From the sequence record LR745208.1: a stretch of 64,000 nt of DNA; one strand, written 5' to 3'. Shown piece by piece: positions 36,410 to 44,972 of the stretch. The position numbers and the translations under genes were made by a program. Positions within the stretch are counted from its first letter, which is position 1; each line of letters begins with the position of its first letter. A model generated the notes under the pieces. It was not told the DNA's origin and ran no database searches. It saw only the letters and a list, made by a program, of their open reading frames with translations.

Positions 36410-36612
36410 CTCGATGAAGAATCCCATGTGTGGCCAGGAATTGAACCCAGCTACGGTCAGTCCACACCGACCGTCCCCATCCAGGGGCTAGGGGGAATCG
36501 AACCCCTGCACATCCAACACACACATGAGACTCGGTCGCGGGCAGGGGAGCTGCACCCCTCTAGCTTCATCAGCACCCTTTCGGGCCCCAGAACTCCTGG
36601 GCGGTCCGCGTT
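36410..36612 (-). ncRNA. promoter-driven structured RNA with three T-loop-like hairpins
   Basis: GGTTCAATTCC, GGTTCGATTCC, AGGGG-TGCAGCT-CCCCT, GCCC-GAAA-GGGT. Confidence 0.6.
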
Positions 36613-36616
36613 GTTG

Positions 36617-36662
36617 TTACAAACTACTATCGGTACGGGAAGGTGACTTTTTAGGGAAATCG
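36617..36662 (-). promoter_or_regulatory. sigma28-type promoter driving the RNA cluster
   Basis: motif copy, no RBS/ATG downstream. Confidence 0.8.
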
Positions 36663-37331
36663 TCACCGACCCATCACAACAGCCCCACAGCCAACATTGG
36701 CCATACATAGGATGCCACGTACCCCTTTGCTGGAGTTGCAGGACTTGCAGGCGATCACGATGTTCTCAGCCACATTGGGGCCACCCTTCGAGATTGGGGC
36801 TACATGGTCCACCGTAGGTTTGTCCCCATAGGGCTTGAGGCAGTAGGCACACAACCCACAAGATACCTCCAGGGCCAGCTCAACCTCATCCCCTGTGAGG
36901 GTACTCTCCACCTTGGCTAGATTGGCCCGACGCTGCTGGCGGTTCACAGTGAAATGTTCTGGGTGGGATTTGTAGAACCGGGCATCCTTCGCCCGTCTCC
37001 TTTCAGGGTGCTCCTTGTTCCGGGCATTTTGACGGGCCCGCACTGCTGCCCTGTTAGCCTGATAATAAGCTGCACTCCGGACCCTATATTTTTCAGGGTC
37101 CCTGGCATCCTCCCATGCCTGAACTCGTTCTGGATTGGAGGCACGATAAGCAATAACCTGCTCCTTAACCTTCACCCCGTCCCTCACGTAGCGTGCATGC
37201 CTGAGAATGGACATACACTCTTTACACTTGTACTTGTGCCCATCTTTAGCCCGTTTGTTAAGGCCAAAATCGTCAAGGGGCTTCAGAGTCCCACATTCGG
37301 AACATACTTTTTTAGCTGCCAAGGCATCCAT
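36663..37331 (-). CDS. HNH homing-type endonuclease
   Basis: CSEC, CKEC; CAYC..TVDHV.P.SKGG.N..NIV.AC..CN..K. Confidence 0.9.
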   Translation of the reverse strand: MDALAAKKVCSECGTLKPLDDFGLNKRAKDGHKYKCKECMSILRHARYVRDGVKVKEQVIAYRASNPERVQAWEDARDPEKYRVRSAAYYQANRAAVRARQNARNKEHPERRRAKDARFYKSHPEHFTVNRQQRRANLAKVESTLTGDEVELALEVSCGLCAYCLKPYGDKPTVDHVAPISKGGPNVAENIVIACKSCNSSKGVRGILCMANVGCGAVVMGR

Positions 37332-37463
37332 GCCAATGTGTGCGCAATAGGGAGATTAGCTGCGGGCCCTAACCTGAGCCCCGCCAGGGACTTGAACCCT
37401 GACCCGAAATCAAATGCCCGGTACTGCTCCATCTCACCCTTCGAAAGTCGAATCTTCATGGTA

Positions 37464-37509
37464 TCCTCAATATCCTATCGGTACGTGGAGGCAACTTTTA
37501 GTGAAATCA
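37464..37509 (-). promoter_or_regulatory. sigma28-type promoter cassette
   Basis: motif copy, 14 nt spacer. Confidence 0.75.
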
Positions 37510-37524
37510 TATTCGGCCCCCAAT

Positions 37525-37923
37525 TCAGCCCTGCCCGTCTTCGGACAGCATGGAACTAATCAACTTCTCGGCCGTGTCCCGACGCTCACGTAACCCGGCC
37601 ACAACCGCTTTGACCAGCTGGTTCGGATCCCTCATGGGCCCGATATTGCTCACAATTGTGTGTTCCCCACACACGATGTAGTGGCCATCCCCAGTTGGGT
37701 AAATTGAGAACTCCTTCGTGAACCTCAGGCAATAGTGCCAGCCGAGATTTTCCCACACGTCCACAACCCACCCCCCAGTCCTCATCCTCTTCAGGAGCTT
37801 CTGGGCTTCCCGCCCAGCGGTTTCGTATGCCTCCCGGGTACACCCTCCCCCGCAAGCCGGAGAACAATAGACCCCCCCGCGAAGTACCGGTGTCCATGAC
37901 AGTTTCTTTGCAACAGGCTTCAT
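37525..37923 (-). CDS. hypothetical protein
   Basis: YCSPACGGGC, VWENLGWHY. Confidence 0.75.
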   Translation of the reverse strand: MKPVAKKLSWTPVLRGGVYCSPACGGGCTREAYETAGREAQKLLKRMRTGGWVVDVWENLGWHYCLRFTKEFSIYPTGDGHYIVCGEHTIVSNIGPMRDPNQLVKAVVAGLRERRDTAEKLISSMLSEDGQG

Positions 37924-37953
37924 TTCTTCAAGTCTCCAGTTTCAATGCCAGGG

Positions 37954-38313
37954 CTACCCGTACACGATCTCCCCAAACAGGGCACATTGGATGAACACGT
38001 CAGCCGTGACCATATCACAGTTGCTGATCAGGACATCCTTGAAATGGTCAGGGTACTCCCGGGCCATCACCTGAAGGCCCCTCACGATGGAAGCATGGTT
38101 CATCACACACTCCCGCCTGGGGTCCTCGTTCTCGTAGATGGTCACCCCCCAGTAGTGTGCCCGGTCGGGACAGCTTGTGGAGTCCACATGCCCCCAATAC
38201 CGGATTCCGCCAGACTCGATGGCACTGATCAGCAAGGACTCGATCTCCTCGTTCTCAACCTCGAACGTCACGGTTACGGATGTCTTGGGCTGCTCAACTT
38301 CACGCTTGGTCAT
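37954..38313 (-). CDS. phage hypothetical protein
   Basis: AIESGGIRYW..ADVFIQCALFGEIVYG. Confidence 0.8.
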   Translation of the reverse strand: MTKREVEQPKTSVTVTFEVENEEIESLLISAIESGGIRYWGHVDSTSCPDRAHYWGVTIYENEDPRRECVMNHASIVRGLQVMAREYPDHFKDVLISNCDMVTADVFIQCALFGEIVYG

Positions 38314-38372
38314 TGGTCAATCCTTTTATCAGTCGGGCTGTATCCTCAGAGATCCAAACTGGACCCCACGCT

Positions 38373-38417
38373 ACCTCACTACCTATCGGCACGGGAAGCC
38401 AACTTTTTAGCAAAATC
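38373..38417 (-). promoter_or_regulatory. sigma28-type promoter cassette
   Basis: motif copy. Confidence 0.8.
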
Positions 38418-38496
38418 CCACGGCGGCCCTATGTGGCCCTATACCTCGAAGCTCAGTTCCTTTCAGCATGGAGAAATCGGCTGTAGCCCTCACAAA

Positions 38497-38868
38497 TCAG
38501 GCCCGACTCCAAGGTCCCTGCTTGGGACTGGAGACCCACTCCAAGGGTTCCCTGCCCAGCTTCCCAGAATCAAAGGTCACGGTAACCAGAGCCAGCCTAC
38601 CAGACAGGGCTTCGGTCCCGCCTATACGAGCGAACTCAAGTGGGACCCCAGCCTCAGTACACAGCTGACGGGCCTGCCCCTCCGCCCGAAGGCAGGCTTG
38701 ATGGTTACTAGGCCCAAGAGACCGCAACTCCTCAACCCCCTCGCTCGCAGAAGCCACACGATCCCTCTCAGCTCGGGTAGGACCCATGTTGGCCAGGAAG
38801 GTAGCAATCACGTCACCGCGTTCCCACGTCGTCTCACTCATGTCCCCTGTTACGCCCTCCGGGGTCAA
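38497..38868 (-). CDS. hypothetical protein
   Basis: ORF. Confidence 0.55.
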   Translation of the reverse strand: MTPEGVTGDMSETTWERGDVIATFLANMGPTRAERDRVASASEGVEELRSLGPSNHQACLRAEGQARQLCTEAGVPLEFARIGGTEALSGRLALVTVTFDSGKLGREPLEWVSSPKQGPWSRA

Positions 38869-38957
38869 AACCTAACCTAAATGGCCCCTGACTCCCTCAC
38901 GGCCTTACGAAATCATTAGGTTTTCTCGGATTGGTCACTTTTGAGGGTCTCGGACAG
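38859..38957. repeat. ~100 bp R2 element, full copy
   Basis: as 35537. Confidence 0.8.
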
Positions 38958-39234
38958 GACCCCGTTCCACGAATCGTCGGTGGCAGTCTGCACCCACCGG
39001 AAACTCTCCCATGTACCCAGGTGCACTGGCGTCACTGTCCTGGTCCCCCCATGCCGCACCACCGTCGATCACAATGGCAAGATACGGGTAGTCCCCCTCC
39101 TGGCTTTGTTCGCCCATACACCGCACCGGGCGCTCACAGATTGCACACTGCGCCTCATCCGACCTGTACGCATGGGCTCTGCCCGTCCCCATCGCGAACG
39201 GAGGAACCGCAAATGATCCATCTGGCCTCTTCAT
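38935..39234 (-). CDS. hypothetical protein ending in R2-encoded DPQK
   Basis: CAIC..C; stop inside R2. Confidence 0.7.
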   Translation of the reverse strand: MKRPDGSFAVPPFAMGTGRAHAYRSDEAQCAICERPVRCMGEQSQEGDYPYLAIVIDGGAAWGDQDSDASAPGYMGEFPVGADCHRRFVERGPVRDPQK

Positions 39235-39289
39235 CCCAATCGCGAGGTGCGGTGTAATAACTTCACACGTCAGTTCATGCCCCGTCCGA

Positions 39290-39335
39290 TTCTCGCGTCT
39301 CGTCGGTATGATGTCTCAACTTTTAACCGAAATCG
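39290..39335 (-). promoter_or_regulatory. degenerate sigma28-type cassette (ACCGACG -10)
   Basis: CGATTTCGGTTAAAAG..CATACCGACG. Confidence 0.55.
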
Positions 39336-39354
39336 GCCATTGCCATATGTGGCC

Positions 39355-39681
39355 CTATACCTCGAAGCTCAGCTCCTTGAACAGGTCCTTCGCAGCCTCA
39401 AGCCCCAGGGCCCGATCAACCACCTCCAGGCGTACCACCCTGCGAAGCCCCTCAACAGCCTCCCTGATCGATGAACAGAACTCGGATGCAAAGGTGGTGA
39501 GATCCCCATCAGGTCCCAAGTCAGCCATGGCACGGTACTCAGGACCAGCTGCCCGGGGATAGACACACACCCGAATTGGTAACCCCCCAAACACACCAAG
39601 CTCGTCCTTGGTCAAGATATGAGGACGATCCTGAGCCTCATCACTGTATTGGATATCTGTCAGCTTGTTCATCATCTTCAT
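39355..39681 (-). CDS. hypothetical protein
   Basis: ATG after cassette. Confidence 0.7.
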   Translation of the reverse strand: MKMMNKLTDIQYSDEAQDRPHILTKDELGVFGGLPIRVCVYPRAAGPEYRAMADLGPDGDLTTFASEFCSSIREAVEGLRRVVRLEVVDRALGLEAAKDLFKELSFEV

Positions 39682-39684
39682 GTC

Positions 39685-39731
39685 ATCACTACCCCTATTG
39701 GTAACGGGAGACCCCACTTTTAGGAAAATCG
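39685..39731 (-). promoter_or_regulatory. sigma28-type promoter cassette (ACCAATA variant)
   Basis: motif copy. Confidence 0.7.
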
Positions 39732-39742
39732 ACCTACTTCGA

Positions 39743-39845
39743 TGCCCACCGGGGTCAAAACCTAACCAAAATGGCCCCCGCTAGCCTTACCGGCTGACGT
39801 AATCATTAGGTTTTCTCGGATTGGTCACTTTTGGGGGTCCAGGAC
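39743..39845. repeat. ~100 bp R2 element, full copy
   Basis: as 35537. Confidence 0.8.
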
Positions 39846-40226
39846 AAGGCCCTCCGTTGGGACTAGATCCCGGCTCCGAAAAAGGACCGGATAGTTCGCC
39901 TCAGGGAGACCTTCCAGGTAGACTGTGTACCGACCGGTGCTGGTACAACATTTCCGGACCTCTCCGTACAGTCCCTTGAAGGGACCCTTTTCACGAACCC
40001 GGACCCGAACGCCACTTCCAGGCTGGAAGGAGCCAATTAGGGTTGCAGGCTCATTGGAAATGGAGCCGGGGACATCTGCCATAAGGATGAGCCTGTCCCC
40101 ATCATCAACCCCAAGACGATGGAGGCCCCGGCGGGCATCCACATCGAGTATGACCTTGGTGTTCCCAGGCATCTTCCCGCTTTGCAGGATCCGCTGCAAT
40201 GACTCGAAAAGTTCTTGGACGGTCAT
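39825..40226 (-). CDS. hypothetical protein (SH3-like C-terminus) ending in R2-encoded LDPQK
   Basis: stop inside R2. Confidence 0.7.
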   Translation of the reverse strand: MTVQELFESLQRILQSGKMPGNTKVILDVDARRGLHRLGVDDGDRLILMADVPGSISNEPATLIGSFQPGSGVRVRVREKGPFKGLYGEVRKCCTSTGRYTVYLEGLPEANYPVLFRSRDLVPTEGLVLDPQK

Positions 40227-40537
40227 CGTACAACCCTCAGAGCGGGCTTCCCTCGCATGGCTACCGGGAGGGGATTGATGACGGCATACCAGCCCGTACA
40301 GAGCTCAGCATACACACCACAAGCCTGGAGGGCTCCATCCATCTCTACCGCACGGTCACCCTCAGGGTCGAAGAAGGGGGCAAGGTTACCTCCTCCATGG
40401 ACCACCACGAGAAGAGCACTGGGATGGACTTGGTTCCACTCCCCCACAGAGGCATTCCATTCCTTGGGGGTGTAGAACTTACCGTCAGGAATATCCCCAA
40501 CGAGGTTCTGAACCACTTGTCGGAGCTTGAGGGTCAC
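40223..40537 (-). CDS. paralog of 13579..13938
   Basis: VVVHGGG..GVYAELCTGWY. Confidence 0.7.
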   Translation of the reverse strand: MTLKLRQVVQNLVGDIPDGKFYTPKEWNASVGEWNQVHPSALLVVVHGGGNLAPFFDPEGDRAVEMDGALQACGVYAELCTGWYAVINPLPVAMRGKPALRVVR

Positions 40538-40818
40538 AGCCAGCGACCCTTGGACGGGGAAAGGATCGTGTCGACCCCATTCAGGGTCGAGTAGGCAGAG
40601 ACCACTGCCCGGCCATCCAGGAACATGACCTTGGCAAGGGTCACCTCTCCCGCCAGGAAGGCCAGCCCCATCTTGGTCCTGATATCCTGGGTGACCAGGA
40701 AAAGCTTCCACTCAGGACCGTCCCAGTGCCCCTTGTACTGAGGGTACCGGGCATTCTGAAGCTCCGCATTCCTGCGAAGCCGGACAATCCGCTCAGCTGG
40801 ATCCTTGGGTGTGGTCAT
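40534..40818 (-). CDS. hypothetical protein
   Basis: ATG after cassette. Confidence 0.75.
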   Translation of the reverse strand: MTTPKDPAERIVRLRRNAELQNARYPQYKGHWDGPEWKLFLVTQDIRTKMGLAFLAGEVTLAKVMFLDGRAVVSAYSTLNGVDTILSPSKGRWL

Positions 40819-40823
40819 CTTAA

Positions 40824-40868
40824 CCTCACTACCCTATCGGCACGAGAAGACAACTTTTTAGTGAAATC
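40824..40868 (-). promoter_or_regulatory. sigma28-type promoter cassette
   Basis: motif copy. Confidence 0.8.
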
Positions 40869-41072
40869 CTACGGTGGCCCTAGTACCGGCTCGATCAAGT
40901 TGACCATTTTCCCACAAGCTGCGGGGGAACACCCATCCGAACAGCCCCTGTCGGCAATCCTCCAAACCTCACGTAGAACCGCATAGGCGGCATCCCGCTC
41001 TCGAAGGATCCGTTCCATCTTCTCGTAGGCTAAAGAGGGGAGGAGTGCAAAATCATCATCATCCGTGAGCAT
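40869..41072 (-). CDS. hypothetical protein
   Basis: ORF. Confidence 0.55.
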   Translation of the reverse strand: MLTDDDDFALLPSLAYEKMERILRERDAAYAVLREVWRIADRGCSDGCSPAACGKMVNLIEPVLGPP

Positions 41073-41096
41073 GCCCCTATTACCCCCATCCCGTAT

Positions 41097-41196
41097 CCCA
41101 CCGGACCCAAAACCTAACCAAAACAGCTCCGCCTACCCCACATCACTGACGGAACTATTGGGGATTTTGTCGGAGTGTGGTTTTGACCCCGGTGGG
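41097..41196. repeat. R2-related element with two left arms in inverted orientation
   Basis: CCCACCGGACCCAAAACC ... GGTTTTGACCCCGGTGGG. Confidence 0.7.
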
Positions 41197-41493
41197 ACAG
41201 GCAATCCCCATGTTGGCCATGATGGCAGCCTCTCGCTGTTCATCAGGCACCCCAAATGTCATGGCCTTCGCTTCCTCCCTACCCCTAGTAGGTGCCTGCA
41301 TCCTATGTAGCTCCTCCCTCAGGAACCACATGGGCTCACCCTCTCCCTCAAGCTGTACTAGAACTTGGCTGCTACCCTCTCGACCCACCACAATTCCATC
41401 CCGGCCATCTATGGCCACCAAGCCAGTCTGGGGAAGACCTGCCTCAGGTCGCCATTGAGAAGCCACTCGAACGGTGTCCCCCAATAGGATCAT
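41155..41493 (-). CDS. SH3-like hypothetical protein
   Basis: LGDTVRV..GIVV. Confidence 0.5.
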   Translation of the reverse strand: MILLGDTVRVASQWRPEAGLPQTGLVAIDGRDGIVVGREGSSQVLVQLEGEGEPMWFLREELHRMQAPTRGREEAKAMTFGVPDEQREAAIMANMGIACPTGVKTTLRQNPQ

Positions 41494-41548
41494 GTCCTGT
41501 AGAGTCTGCTGTCCTAGGGACCGACCCACCCGTGGGATTTTGGTCACT

Positions 41549-42076
41549 TCAGGCGAGTGCAGGACTACTACCCCCCCCATCCACCTTTGGGACATCAGGT
41601 GAGGCAGTGACCCTCTCCAAATGGCGTAGAGCAATCAGCTCAATGTGCCCGTCAGGAAACAGGACCCAAGAAGAGTCCCGTACATCATCCCCCTCAACTA
41701 CAACTGGTAGGAATAGCGGAGGGAGTGGTTCCACTATCACCCCAATCTGAAGATGAACCCGAGCACCCCAGCCATTTGGCCAGTTCACCTTGACCTTATC
41801 CCCTACCAGGATTGGATCCTCCACAGATGCCAGCAAAGTCTCATATTGCTCGTGCACCTCACTGGCCCTACGTACCCTGTTCTGTAACTCCCCCCTGAGG
41901 TCCACAAGGGCCATCTCAAGGGTAGGACCATAACCACAGGCCCCATCAGGCCCATCATCCGCCTCCACCCGATAGTGGGCATCCCATTGCGGGAGATATA
42001 CGTGAACTGCCGTGATGGGAAGTGCACCCCACCTGCCCAATTGGTCCTTGCCTAACTTGTACTCCATGTGTGCCAT
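41549..42076 (-). CDS. hypothetical protein (HicB-like segment plus SH3-like)
   Basis: YRVEAD..GYGPTLEMAL; VGDKVKV. Confidence 0.65.
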   Translation of the reverse strand: MAHMEYKLGKDQLGRWGALPITAVHVYLPQWDAHYRVEADDGPDGACGYGPTLEMALVDLRGELQNRVRRASEVHEQYETLLASVEDPILVGDKVKVNWPNGWGARVHLQIGVIVEPLPPLFLPVVVEGDDVRDSSWVLFPDGHIELIALRHLERVTASPDVPKVDGGGSSPALA

Positions 42077-42078
42077 GG

Positions 42079-42300
42079 CTACTTGCCCCCTACTAGATGA
42101 CGCCTTGCTATGGCATCATGGGTCCGCTCATTACTGACAAAAGTCCCCAGAAGCGCAATCAGCCTGATTCGGGATACACTCACCTGAGAAGCCGTAGCCC
42201 CAAATCGCTCCCTCCCTAATTGCTGGAGGGCCAATCCCGAAACCCGGGAATCCTTGAGCAGTATCTCCACTTCATCCAATGTCAGCTTCTCATAACTCAT
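42079..42300 (-). CDS. hypothetical protein
   Basis: ORF with RBS. Confidence 0.6.
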   Translation of the reverse strand: MSYEKLTLDEVEILLKDSRVSGLALQQLGRERFGATASQVSVSRIRLIALLGTFVSNERTHDAIARRHLVGGK

Positions 42301-42474
42301 TGTGGTTCCTTTGTTTGTGATGTTTGGTAAGGGACTGGCTGGAGACTGTGGAGTTCGGGACTGACTCTGGCCGGAGAGCCCAAGTCAGGTTGAGTTGAGG
42401 GCCAAAGTATTGGCCGGGATTTCAGTTTCAATATTTTTGGGTCCAAAATCATTGGGGCTTTAACTATTTGACTC

Positions 42475-42780
42475 CTACCGACCCGACCCTCGCTCTCCGG
42501 CGTCGGTAGGGTCCTCCCCATCCCTCGAAGGGACCCTGATGTCCCACCCCGTTGTGGCTCCATGGATGAGCCCACAGGACTTGGTTCCTAGGGGGCACAC
42601 GCAGGACAGGACGGGGTTAATCTGGCAAGAGGGGTCTTGTTTGCCCTGTTCTAGTGCCCGGTCTTCACAGGGAATGTGATCCATGCAAATGAACTGACCC
42701 GGATGGGTAATTGGGGAAGCTGCCTTCATGTGAGGCCGAATCTGTTGGGTTCCACAGCGGGCGCATGAGACGAGGGTCAT
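42475..42780 (-). CDS. Cys-rich hypothetical protein
   Basis: CARC, C.D..C. Confidence 0.55.
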   Translation of the reverse strand: MTLVSCARCGTQQIRPHMKAASPITHPGQFICMDHIPCEDRALEQGKQDPSCQINPVLSCVCPLGTKSCGLIHGATTGWDIRVPSRDGEDPTDAGERGSGR

Positions 42781-42984
42781 TTACCTACTTGCTCTTCCTA
42801 GGGTTCCGATGATGATCTCTTTACAAGTAGGGCATTGGACCAGATACTCACTTGGGCCTGCCGCACACTCTCCAAGGGTATGGGACGATTCCCACACCTG
42901 GAACTCGACCAAGGTCAAACAGTACTGGCAGGTACCGTGGCAGATTGCATCTTGGGGTCTTGTTCCTTCACGTAGTACAATCAT
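42781..42984 (-). CDS. zinc-ribbon small protein
   Basis: CQYC..CPTC. Confidence 0.7.
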   Translation of the reverse strand: MIVLREGTRPQDAICHGTCQYCLTLVEFQVWESSHTLGECAAGPSEYLVQCPTCKEIIIGTLGRASR

Positions 42985-43220
42985 GGGCTCACCAGGATGG
43001 GAGCACCGCAGTCCCCGTCAAAGGTAGGGTCATTTGGGTCCAGGTGGCGGTCTTCTGGGAGGGTCTGCCAAGCTGTAGGTGCCTTGAGGGTGGCCTTACG
43101 TGGGGGTGTGGGTGCCAGGACAGCTACGGTGATCATGGCACCCAGGGCGATGGCAGCCAGGGTCAGGAAGATGAACTCCCAGGGGTTGTCCCAAGGGTCA
43201 TTTGGGTGTGTCTCAGTCAT
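42981..43220 (-). CDS. small membrane protein
   Basis: single hydrophobic segment. Confidence 0.6.
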   Translation of the reverse strand: MTETHPNDPWDNPWEFIFLTLAAIALGAMITVAVLAPTPPRKATLKAPTAWQTLPEDRHLDPNDPTFDGDCGAPILVSP

Positions 43221-43249
43221 GGGTTTAGTTACCCCTCCTGTAGTTGTTC

Positions 43250-43357
43250 CAGACCCCCCCAAAACCGACACCTTCTGGATTCTCGGCAAATTGTCCAATG
43301 ATTTCGTAGTGGGCTATAGTAGGTGGTCTCTATTCGGGTGTGGTTTTGGCCCCGTGG
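43250..43357. repeat. R2 element, reverse orientation
   Basis: CCAATGATTTCGTAG core; GGTGTGGTTTTGGCCCCGTGG arm. Confidence 0.75.
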
Positions 43358-43451
43358 AGCATGACGGGGTGGTTGGGGGTGGGGTTTTTGGGATTGTGGG
43401 TCCTTATGGGAGGGGTCCTATATTGTGGGTTTGTGGCAACCCTGAGTTTTG

Positions 43452-43498
43452 AAATCGTTTCAAGCGATTCGTTTCGAGCGAATCGCTTGAAACGATTT
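43452..43498. repeat. perfect 20 bp inverted repeat, 7 nt loop
   Basis: AAATCGTTTCAAGCGATTCG / CGAATCGCTTGAAACGATTT. Confidence 0.9.
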
Positions 43499-43872
43499 GT
43501 CCCAATTGGAATCGTTTGAATGTATTTGAGTTTCAATAACTTGTGGGGTCCCAGAGGGGTTTCCCAACGGCTAGTGGGTGGTCCATTTTGGACCAGTCCT
43601 GTTACCTGATAGGTTAAGGGGACTTAGTCACCAAGGTGTTCTATTAATGGGTCCAAGTACTTGGGGTTGTCGGTCTTAGGGATACCCATTCATCGCAGAC
43701 TTGGCGTGTAGTGCAGATGAGGAGTGCCCACACACCCGAGCCAAAGATGATGGCGAGGAGGATGCCAAAGCCTATGTAGGAGGGCCAGTCTTCGTTCCAC
43801 ACGTTTGAGCGGCCCTGGTCATTGGGTGTTTGGGGGGTGGTGGGACCCATGGTTGGCGGTAGTTGGGTGGGG

Positions 43873-44214
43873 TCATTGCTCTGGGGGTCTTGGGATGTCT
43901 GGCCAACATTGGGGGCCTTGGGAGTTGAGGATCTGTCGTTGGTCTTTGGTGAGGGCGTCCCAAGCTGCATCCATCTGGTCAAGGATGTCGTCTTCCAGTT
44001 CCATGTCAGCCTGACGGGCGGTGGTGGTTCTTGTGCCATGGAAGGATGGGTCATCGAGGGAGGCTTCTTTGGCCCGGATGTCCCATAGTTGGCATTGGAG
44101 GTTCCGGTAGGTTTTGAGGGGGTCTGTGGGGTCGTCCATATCATTTAGTTCCAGCTGGTAGTGTTTTGGACAGGTGGTGTTCCAGCTGGCTACGGAGTAG
44201 GTCTTCCGCTTCAC
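43873..44214 (-). CDS. hypothetical protein
   Basis: EDDILDQMD..W. Confidence 0.55.
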   Translation of the reverse strand: MKRKTYSVASWNTTCPKHYQLELNDMDDPTDPLKTYRNLQCQLWDIRAKEASLDDPSFHGTRTTTARQADMELEDDILDQMDAAWDALTKDQRQILNSQGPQCWPDIPRPPEQ

Positions 44215-44596
44215 TTAGATTGAAGAAGTTGGAGACACAGGGGATATCGGTACGTGGGTTGTCATGGGTGTACATGAGGAACAGCCGTCCGGCCCCATAG
44301 AGCCATACCCCCAGGGTGTTTCTCTGCCCTCCTCCGGTCAGGACTATTGGGCGCAGCCCCTTGCAACCACAGCCACAGGGGGTCCAGTCGAAGTCGAATT
44401 TGTAGTCGGGGGTCTTGGGTGCTTTGAGGGTCATGAGCTTGCTGGCACCTCTGGGCTTACGGGGTCGTGGTGTCTTTTTGGGCTTCCAGGTCACGCGGGT
44501 GTTGCAGGCGTGGTTATCTCGATGGTGTGGGGAAAGGGTACACATTAGCCCATCTTTGTTGCGTTCGCCACAGGTGGCCAAGTTGGTGGGGGTCAA
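44141..44596 (-). CDS. hypothetical protein
   Basis: ORF. Confidence 0.5.
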   Translation of the reverse strand: MTPTNLATCGERNKDGLMCTLSPHHRDNHACNTRVTWKPKKTPRPRKPRGASKLMTLKAPKTPDYKFDFDWTPCGCGCKGLRPIVLTGGGQRNTLGVWLYGAGRLFLMYTHDNPRTDIPCVSNFFNLSEAEDLLRSQLEHHLSKTLPAGTK

Positions 44597-44753
44597 TTAG
44601 TTTCTCCTGGTATGGCGCGTTCCACGTAGATCCCCCCGAGGAATGTTTGGAGGCAAGCAAGGGCACCCCACCACCCCAGGTCATGGACGAGGATGGTGCT
44701 TAGTGCAATAAGCCCCCATACTCCTGCCAGTAGCAATCTTCGAGTTGAGTTGC

Positions 44754-44972
44754 TCATTGGTTTCCCATGAGCAGAGCAACCAGGGCTTTTCTCTGTTCCT
44801 CATCGAGGAAGGTGCTAGCACAGGTGTTGTTTGTGTCGTCTATGACAGAGAGTTTGTAGGTGGTTTTCCCGGTGGTGGACTCAATGCGGGTCCAAACAAC
44901 GACGCCATCGTTGGGAAGGACCACCCTGTGTTCGGTGGTAGTGGTCTTGTAGACCTGGAGTGGGGATGTCAT
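44754..44972 (-). CDS. hypothetical protein
   Basis: coupled ORF. Confidence 0.65.
   Translation of the reverse strand: MTSPLQVYKTTTTEHRVVLPNDGVVVWTRIESTTGKTTYKLSVIDDTNNTCASTFLDEEQRKALVALLMGNQ

Larger units (their letters stand above)
38430..39378. repeat. 33 bp near-identical direct repeat (38430-38462, 39346-39378), each directly upstream of a promoter cassette
   Basis: TATGTGGCCCTATACCTCGAAGCTCAG(T/C)TCCTT. Confidence 0.8.

Noticed and set aside
36556-36590. Hammerhead ribozyme (CTGATGA and GAAA on - strand)
   Set aside because: Only 5 nt separate GAAA from CTGATGA, leaving no room for stems III and I or the cleavage triplet.
37945-38880. Long + strand ORFs in the - strand block (e.g. 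37945..38880, 56752..57534)
   Set aside because: Antisense shadows of GC3-biased - strand genes that have promoters, RBSs or coupled starts.
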